Below, piece after piece: positions 52,458 to 64,000 of a stretch of 64,000 nt of DNA; position 1 is the first letter of the stretch, and the number at the start of each line of letters is the position of its first letter. The position numbers were made by a program, and so were the translations under genes. Below the pieces are notes generated by a model that did not search any database, was not told the DNA's origin, and was given only the letters and a program-made list of their open reading frames with translations. The DNA is from the human T2T-CHM13v2.0 reference genome, Homo sapiens. The stretch is from assembly GCF_009914755.1 (NCBI RefSeq), contig NC_060941.1. One strand, written 5' to 3'.

Positions 52458-53943
52458 CTAGAAGCCACAGCTGCCCTCCACAGAGCGGCACTGCACCATG
52501 CGCAGGAATGTCTCGACCTTGTCCATGTCCTTCCTGAAGCAGTGGAGCAGCCCGTAGTTCTTGAGCAGTGCGTCATGGTTGTGCGAGTTTGTGTCAAACT
52601 TGCTGTAGGTCTGCTTGAGGGTCTGCCCAGTCAGGTGGCTGCCGTCTTCCAGCCTCTGCAAAGTGAAGCAAGAGAAGGAGAGACCAAGCGCTTGGGCACT
52701 GTTCCCTCCCTCTCTCATTTATCCATTTTCCTCCTTCCCCTTCAGGGTGTAGAGAAAGGCCTGGAGGATTCACGAGGGGAAATGAAGAATATGGTGAGTT
52801 CTCTTGGGTCAGCGCCTGACTGCTGAAAAGAGGGCAGCAGTGTTTCTCTCCCCCAGCCCTCGAAGCCAGTGGGCTTCCAGGATTGGGGACCCCTGGTGCC
52901 ACCCTCACCCCCATCAGCATTTGGATGCCTTCCTCTAGGTCCTTTAGGAGGTGATAGTCATCGCTGTCCGAGGTGTCATACACCAGGTTGTTGGTGAAGG
53001 TACTCCTGAGGAACCGCACGGGCTCCAGCCGCGACTCGATGAGCAGCAGGGAGATGTGGAGCAGCTCTAAGTTCTGCAGGGGAAGGACCGGCAGTGGCTG
53101 TGCTGCCCGGGGGCTCTGACCACAGGTCTCCCCCATCCCCGCCTAGGGGAGACAGCATCCACTCACGGATTTCTGCTGCGTTTCCTCCATGTTGGAGGAT
53201 GTCGGAATAGAGTCTGAGAAGCAGAAGGAGGTCTGGGAGTCATGCAGGAATGAATACTTCTGTTCCTTTGTGATATAGGCTTCTTCCTAGGGGAAGGACC
53301 CCCCACCAAGAAGGACCACTGCTTTCTATGCTGGAGACCAGCTCCCACTGTTACTCTTCTGGGAACCTGGCTCAGCCTATGCTCATCTGCCTGCATTTTC
53401 GCTTCAGAAAACAACCCTGAGCTCCTTAGTCTCCTCCCATTACTTCCCCAGTGGGGGAAAGTCACCCCTTCTTGCCACCCCTGACCCGCACCCATTCCCC
53501 AAGAGCTTATAAACTCCTGGTAGGTGTCAATGGCCAGCTGGTGTGCGCGATGGGCTTGGAGCATAGCCTCTTTAAAAAGCCTGGATAAGGGAACGGTTTG
53601 GACGGCACCAGCCTCTTGAAGCCAGGGCAGGCAGAGCAGGGCAAAAGCCAGGAGCAGGGACGTCCGGGAGCCTGGGGAGAAACCGGAGGGCAAGAAGGGA
53701 GCCGCAGAGCAAGAGGCCAGCACTCTCCCTGTTCCAGGAGCTGTTTTCTTTTTCTCTCTCTCCATCCCTCCAGGGACCAGGAACATTCAGAGATTGGCCA
53801 AATATCTGGCCTTAGATGGCGATATTCACATTCAGAAGCCCCAAACCTGAGGTTAGTGCCCCCGTCCCATCTGCAGGGCGCCGCCTCTCCCCTCAGGACA
53901 CGTTGTGCCCAAAGGGATTTTAGGGGCGCTTACCTGCAGCCAT
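52458..53943 (-). CDS. CSHL1: Chorionic somatomammotropin-like 1 (CS-L); canonical intron-2 donor destroyed, depends on cryptic sites
   Basis: Exons 53943-53934, 53671-53511 (cryptic extension to 53492), 53286-53167, 53073-52909, 52655-52458. [20 protein letters not shown] and LLHCF are diagnostic. The intron-2 donor reads AT instead of GT at 53510. Confidence 0.95.
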
Positions 53944-54024
53944 TGCCGCTAGGTGAGCTGTCCACAGGACCCTGAGTGGTGCGGGGAGTCGGGCCTTGGG
54001 ATGCTGGAGCTGGTCTCTTGTGGG

Positions 54025-54300
54025 CCCTTTTTATACCCTGGCCCCTTCTCTCTCGCTGTTGCCCCCACCTGTTTCTGTGCACATTTATGCATGGGGCCAC
54101 TGACGGGCTTGTGCTAATGGATAATTTGGAAGCTCCTCCCACACATGCTGGCATCATGTCCCCTGGCTTGTCATCTTTCCCTTCCCACCGTCACCAGCGT
54201 TGTGAGGGTTGTGCACAGAGTGTCAACCACAGACACCACCCAACTTGTCCTCTCTTTAAGGTTCAGGTGGGTGCCCTCTGGCAGCAGGCCATGGTGGCCA
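54025..54300 (-). promoter_or_regulatory. CSHL1 proximal promoter
   Basis: TATAAA 54035-54030; ATGCATAAATG at about 54092-54082; distal site the same as in CSH2. Confidence 0.8.
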
Positions 54301-55504
54301 ACCTGAATGCGGAGAAGGATGTCAGGATAGCCAGTCCTTGAGACCCCTATCGACCACATCCCACTCTCTATCCTATTCCTTTCCTCCTCCCCGCATGTTT
54401 AACCTCCACCCACCAGACAGAATGTGTGTGTTGGGAAAAGGGGCCAAGCACAGCCAATAGATTGTGGGGGTTGTGAGCATGATTCAGTCCTGAATTCCAC
54501 TTCTGCTGACGACTCCTGGGCCCACCTGAGTCAGCTGGATGCAGTGCTAACACTGACCACTAGAGGGAACCAACCCCACACTTTGATCTCCCCTTTCCCT
54601 GAGCCTTGGGGCGGGGCGGAGGGGGGGGGGGGGTTGGGTGGGGGGCTCCCCCAGGTCACTGGGGACGAAGAACTCAGACTCTCAAGGTATTGCCCCAGCT
54701 CCCTGGACCTGCAGCAGAGACACAAACCAAGAAACCGAAATCCCGGGAACAGACACGGACCACAAGCGCTTCCTCCCATAGCCCTGAAACCATCAGAGAA
54801 TCTCAAAGTTGGAAGAGCTCTTGAAGATTTGAATCTCTTCCCCAGCTTTGGAACTCAAAACACATCACGCCGAAAGATGCCCTATCCATCCATGGAAGCC
54901 CGTCCTCTTTTTTCTCCTCCTCCTTTCCACACCTGTATAGAGCCTATCCAGTTGCGAAGGGCCTGCCTGTGCATTCTCACGTCTGACCTGCCACTTGTCT
55001 TGTGTAGGAGGTATGAGTATCATCCCATTTCACATATCAGGAGACTGAGGCTCAGAGAGACTGATTGCATGAGCTACCTCAGCCAGGGCAGCAGATCTCC
55101 ACAGCCTTGCTCTTCCCACTTTGTGTCATTTAAAGTCCTTTCTCCAGGCCGGGCACGGTGGCTCATGCCTGTAATCCCAGCACTTTGGGAGGCTGAGGTG
55201 GGTGGATCACTTGAGGTCAGGAGTTCAAGGCCAGACTAGCCAACATGGCAAAACACCAACTCTCTAGAAATACAAAAGTAGCTGTGTGTGGTGGCGCAAG
55301 CCTGTAATCCCAGTTACTCCGGAGGGTGAGGTGGTAGAATCACTTGAATCCAGGAGGCAGAGGTTGCTGTGAGCCAAGATCGCGCCACTGCACTCCAGCC
55401 TGGGCGACAGAGTGTGACTCCATTTCAACAACCACAACAACAAGAAAAAAGTCCTTTCTCCAGAACAGGTAGTGTGGTGTTACTCAGTTATTTAGTTATT
55501 TTAG

Positions 55505-55506
55505 TT

Positions 55507-55589
<83 letters not shown>

Positions 55590-55711
55590 CTTTCTTTCTT
55601 TTTCTTTTTCTTTCCTTCCTCCTTTCCTTTTCTTTCTTTCTTTCTTTCTCTTTCTTTCTTTCTTTCTTTCCTTCCTCTTTGTCTCTCTCTCTCTCTTTCT
55701 TTCTTTTTTTT
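55505..55711. repeat. (TTTC)n complex microsatellite
   Basis: Long, nearly pure TTTC run followed by a degenerate CT-rich tract. Confidence 0.95.
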
Positions 55712-56011
55712 CAGTTGGAGTCTCATTCTGTCACCCAGGCTGGAGTGCAGTGGCATGATGTTGCCTCACAGCAACCTCCACCTCCTGGGTTCAAGTGATT
55801 CTCCTGCCTCACCCTGTTTAGTAGCTGGGATTACAGTCGCCCGCCACCACGCCAGGCTAAATTTTGTACTTTTTTAGTAGAGACGGGGTTTCACTATGTT
55901 GGCCAGGCTGGTCTCGAACTCTTGACTTTAGGGGATCCACCCTCCCTGGCCTCTCTAAGTACTTAGATTACTGGCGTGAGTCACCGCCCCCAACCCAGTT
56001 ATTTCAGCTTC

Positions 56012-56783
56012 TAAATCCCTCTGAGTGCAGGGATCCTGCCCCCAACACAGGGGCCCTTTGCCTCATTTTGTCTTTCCATAAGGGGCAGATTGTTCTTTCT
56101 CAATTCCCAGGTGAGAATGGCCCAGTGGCATGGGGTGCCTTGTGGAAACCTCACAGCAGGACAAGGCTGAGGCGGAGAAGGCCAGGACTGAGCCTCCTGT
56201 CTCCTGGTGCCCAGGGTTGGGGCTATTTCCATACCATCTGGAAGTCACAAGCATCAGATGCCCCCAGGGATAAGAGCAGGAAAGACCACCCTCTCCAGTG
56301 GTGAAATCTTCCCCCACCCTGAGTTTAAGAGCATGTAGCACTTGACACTGTAGAAACACAAGCAAGCAAACAAGCAAATGCTTCTAGAAGTGATTGGCTG
56401 TGGTGTTGGCAACCAACATTGAACACCCACACCCCTGTGGCCTAGGATGTGAATGCTGGGGCCCTGCCATCTCCCTACTTTCAGAGGGGAAGACAGAGCT
56501 CCTTTTTCTGCCGTCACTCCTGAAGCATTACCGGACCAGCACCCCAGACTCATCACCTGCTGGGAGGGCACTGTGCTGTGAGCTGTTCTCCAGGCAGGCC
56601 TGTGTGAGGATCCAAGAGGGGTGTCATCGATGATACCAGCTCCGAAAAATATGGGGCCAAGGGAGGGTGGAGTCACCACTTTCCCCTGCTCCTTCCAGCA
56701 CCAGCAAAGAGGAGGAGCCAGGTGCGAATGGAAGAGGGTCCCTGAGCTCCAAGTAGAAGAAGGTCCCTGCCTCCCCCACCATC
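56012..56783. promoter_or_regulatory. P element upstream of CSHL1
   Basis: Paralogous block; GTTGGCAAC 56405-56413. Confidence 0.78.
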
Positions 56784-57612
56784 CTTCCTCCAATGTCAGC
56801 TGGGACAGGGAGCCCCCATGACAGGGCCTTTTAGCCAGTGCTGGGGACTTAGATGTGGATTTTCGGCCATGGAAGAAGTCTCCAGCCTCCTTTAGGAATG
56901 AGGGTGGCAGGGGCCCTAGTTGGGGACCACTGCATAACTCCGCAGGTGGGCACAGGGGTGGCGAGGCTCCCCAGACAGGTTACTGCCAGGAACACGTGGG
57001 ACCAGCCAGGGCAGGGGAGTGTCTCCTCTCACCTCTCCACTTCTGTTGACCCCAGAATTATGGTGACTCAGAGGACTCTAGGGACCCCTGGGGAAACACC
57101 TTTATAAGGGGTTACCATGGCAGCCATGGACCAGAGGGAAGAACTGAGGCCCTCAGGTGTGGGTAGAAGTCGATGATCGTTTTCTCTAGTCTAGATCTTC
57201 CCAGAGCCTTGAGCAATGGAGACCATGTCTATCATTCATTGCTGGTAAAAAATCAACTTTGCATTAGACTTGGGATTCTCCTAACAGTACTGGGAAGTTG
57301 CCCACTGTTGGGGCATCACTTGGGTCCAGATCCTTGGCTCCTGCAGGCTGAGAGACTACTCAGGGAGAGCCTCCACATGGCCAGTGGGGAGAGGCTGGGC
57401 TTCGCGCCTCTGGCGTCAGCTTCAAAAGGCTCAGAATAGGCCGGGCGCAGTGGCTCATGCCTGTAATCCCACCACTTTGGGAGGCCAGGGTGGGTGGATC
57501 ATGAGGTCAGGAGTTCAAGACCAACCTGGTCAAGATGGTGAAATCCCGTCTCTACTAGAAATAGAAAAATTAGCTGCGCATGGTGGTAGGTGCCTGTAAT
57601 CCCAGCTACTCA

Positions 57613-57747
<135 letters not shown>

Positions 57748-59537
57748 TCACAATCATCTTGGTTCTTTTAAAGAACCTGCCTTTATAATTTAGGATCCAT
57801 GAATTTCTCTGTGTGTTTGGAAGCCCTTCCTATGTCCAACCTCGACTAACTCTAGGGTTCTGTGTGCCTGCTGTGGAAAGTCACAGATCTGCTGTTGGTC
57901 CTAAAGTGGTGTCTTTCAGGCTTCAAGATCTCCTGTTAGGTTCAAGACTGTGGGGTTGAGGACGATCACATTTTTCGAAGCCATTCTCACCGGTCTTAGG
58001 GATCGCCTCCAAGGGACTGGTGGGTGCTCCTTCCACTCTCACTTTGGTGATTTGAGGCGCACACTTCTCACCTGCAGCTCTGTTCTTTCTTCCTTGAGAT
58101 CAGAGGCTGGTTATTGTACTGGGACATACTCTACCTCCTTTTGGCTTCTAATGTCCTTTCCATGAGTTTGCTACCGAGTCAATTACTTGGCTCATTGGAT
58201 TGAGGTCTTCAGAGAATATTATATGGGGATTCCCAAGGGCTCTCCTAGGGGAGGTGAGGAAGATGATCAATACTTCTGCGTGTCCACCATGTGCTTGGCA
58301 CTCTACTGACCATAGGGATGTGAGTGAGGATACTGAGGCTCAAAGAGATGAGGTGGCTTGCCTGGAGCTCTCCCAGTTTCTAAGTGATGGCTTCCAAGGC
58401 CCCCGGGCTTTCCTTCCATGCCAAGCTCTTTAGAAGTCTCATCTAGTAAAGGTGGTGGCACTACTAGGCATGGACAGAACTTGCCTCAGTGCAAAGCTAG
58501 CAGGACAGGGGTGAGGTCCCTACACAGGATGTTCAGTGAAGATGGGGGGAATTGAACACAAGGAACTTCAGCCACAGAATGAGGTGTCCATAGGCATTAA
58601 GGAAAGTGGTAGAAAAGAAGCACCCAGCGTAGCTCGGGTTAGTGAACCGAGGCACTTCATGCTGCATATTTGTATTGCACGTTTCAGTGTACATCGTGTT
58701 TCACTTCCTATATCTCGTTGGACACTTCAGTTTGCCATATGATATGTCCAGGGGGTTCAGGCACGGAGGAAGGGCCTCGGAAGACCTCGGGGGGAGAGGG
58801 GCAGGCACTGCTGTGTATTGATGGGGGGATTGTTTGCACTGGTTGATGATCTCTGAACAACCAAGAAGTACACAAGGATCTACCTAACTGGACGTGCTAA
58901 GTAATTTCACTTTGGGGATTATTCTCCAGGGAGACGATCCATTGATAGAGAAGTGAAAAGCATCGAGATGTGTCTAGTAGTTGTAGGAAGTCTGGGGTGC
59001 TTTCCTGATGGGGTGCCCTCAGCTGGAAATAGCCCCTCCTTCCTTTGACCTGTCCTGTGGCTATTTGCAGACATTTTATTCCTCTTACCAGACTGTAAGT
59101 TCTTTGAGGCTGGATTTCTGCCTTTTGTCTATTCATTCATTCACTCATTCTTCTATTCATGCATTCACCAATTCCACAAGTAGTTGTTGCCTGTAACATG
59201 TGCCAGAGATTGTACCAGGCAGATGGGCATATCTAGATAAGCAAAAGACATGATCCTTTCTCTTCTGGAGCTAACAATCTACTGGGGGCAGAGATAATAG
59301 CAAACAAGTAAATATATAATGGTTAAATAGAAATTTCGAATTTGGAACATTCTCATGAGGAAAACAGCTAAGATATGGAGGGAGAGAAGAAGCCAGAAGG
59401 TGACGGGACGAGGCAGCTGGCACAGCCCTAGGCCCAGGAATTCAACAGGCATCTACTGAGTGGACCCAACGCATGAGAGGACAGTGCCAAGCAAGCAACT
59501 CAAATGTCCCACCGGTTGGGCATGGCCAGGTAGCCTA

Positions 59538-59970
<433 letters not shown>

Positions 59971-59975
59971 TTAAT

Positions 59976-59981
59976 TTTATT
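59976..59981 (-). terminator. GH1 polyadenylation signal
   Basis: AATAAA at the paralogous position. Confidence 0.88.
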
Positions 59982-60067
59982 AGGACAAGGCTGGTGGGCA
60001 CTGGAGTGGCAACTTCCAGGGCCAGGAGAGGCACTGGGGAGGGGTCACAGGGATGCCACCCGGGCAG

Positions 60068-61749
<1,682 letters not shown>

Positions 61750-62447
61750 GCCCCCTGGCTTGTCATCTTTCCCTTCCCACCGTCACCAGTGTTGTGAGGG
61801 TTGTGCACAGAGTGTCAGCCAGAGATACCACCCAACTTGTCCTCTCTTTAAGGGTCACGTGGGTGCCCTCTGGCCGCAGGCCATGGTGGCCAACCTGAAC
61901 GCGGAGAAGGATGTCAGGATAGCCAGTCCTTGAGACCCCCTACCGACCACATCCCATTCTCTATCCTATCCCTTTCCTCCTCCCCGCATGTTTAACCTCC
62001 ACCCACCAGACAGAATGTGTGTGTTGGGAAAAGGGGCCAAGCACAGCCAATAGATTGTGGGGGTTGTGAGCACGATTCAGTCCTGAATTCCACTTCTGCT
62101 GAGGACTCCTGGGTCAGCCTGAGTCAGCTGGATGCAGTTCCAACACTGACCACTAGAGAGAACCAACCCCACACTTTGCTCTCCCCTTTCCCTGAGCATT
62201 GCTGGGGCTCCCCCAGGTCCCTGGGGACGAAGAACCCAGACTCAAGGTATTGCCCCAGCTCCTTGGACTTGCAGCAGAGACACAAACCAAGAAACAGAAA
62301 TCCCGGGAGCAGACACGGACCACAAGCTCTTCCTCCCATAGCCCTGAAACCATCAGAGAATCTCAAAGTTAGAAGAGCTCTTGAAGATTTGAGTCTCTTC
62401 CTCAGCTTTGGAACTCAGAACACATCACGCCGAAAGATGCTCTATCA

Positions 62448-62869
<422 letters not shown>

Positions 62870-63133
62870 TCACATCTGACCTGCCACTTGTCTTGTGAAG
62901 GAGGTATTATTTTCTTCCGATTTCACAGATCAAGAGACTGTGGCTCAGAGAGACTGATTGCATGAGCTACCTCAGCCAGGGCAGCAGATCTCCACAACCT
63001 TGCTCTTCCTACATTGCGTCATTTAAAGTCCTTTCTCCAGGCCGGACACAGTGGCTCACGCTTGTAATCCCCAAACTTTGGGTGGCTTTGAGGTGGGTGG
63101 ATCACTTGAGGTCAGGAGTTCAAGGCCAGACTA

Positions 63134-63388
<255 letters not shown>

Positions 63389-64000
63389 TTATTTAGTTAT
63401 TTTAGCTTCTTCCATGTTCCTCCAATCTCAACTGGGGCAGGGAGCCCCCATGACAGGGCCTTTTTGCTAGTGCCGGGGACTTAGATGTGGATTTTCGGCC
63501 ATGGAAGAAGTCTCCAGCCTCCCTTAGGAATGAGGGTGGCAGGGGCCCTAGTTGGGGACCACTGCATAACTCTGCAGGTGGACACAGGGGTGGCGAGGCT
63601 CCCCAGACAGGTTACTGCCATGAACACGTGGGACCAGCCAGGGCAGGGGAGTGTCTCCTCTTACCTCTCCATTTCTGTTGACCCAGAATTATGGTGACTC
63701 AGAGGACTCTAGGGACCCCTGGGGAAACACCTTTACAAGGGGTTACTGTGGTAACCATGGACCAGAGGGAAGAACTGAGGCCCACAGGTGTGGGTAGAAG
63801 TCGGTGATCGTTTTCTCTAGTCTAGATCTTCCCAGAGCCTTGAGCAATGGAGACCATGTCTATCATTAATTGCTAGTAAAAAATCAACTTTGAATTAGAC
63901 TTGGGATTCTCCTAACAGTACTGGGAAGTCGCCCACTGTTGGGGCATCACTTGAGGCCAGATCCCTGGTTGCTGCAGGCTGGAGCCTCTCCCCACATGGC

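Noticed and set aside
54424-55239. Longest ORF in the track (271 aa, + strand)
   Set aside because: Non-ATG start; it runs through the G-tract, MIR and Alu, and the frame is broken in all four paralogous regions.

Overview
Human genomic DNA: the growth hormone/chorionic somatomammotropin cluster (17q23), a well-studied locus. From left to right: most of the ICAM-family pseudogene TCAM1P (+ strand), then five 5-exon somatotropin-family genes on the - strand: CSH2, GH2, CSH1, CSHL1 and GH1. I checked all exon boundaries by hand (coding exons of 10/161/120/165/198 nt, 217 codons). The window is built from tandem segmental duplications. Three CS units each carry the last two TCAM1 exons and a 3' placental enhancer; two GH units share a different 3' flank. 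P elements lie about 2.5 kb upstream of the four placental genes and are missing upstream of GH1. There are roughly 45 Alus (only informative ones are listed), plus L1, L2, MIR and MER fragments. I see no wholly new system. The best leads are: (1) the placental CS enhancer appears to sit inside a MER5B-like DNA transposon; (2) the TCAM1 remnant at 43.4 kb keeps an intact spliced Ig-TM-tail ORF; (3) a 107-codon alternative-frame upstream ORF (GHDTA-type) is intact only in GH1 and CSHL1; (4) chimeric Alu junctions and conversion patches record the duplication history. Repeat family calls come from recalled consensus sequences, and their boundaries are approximate.
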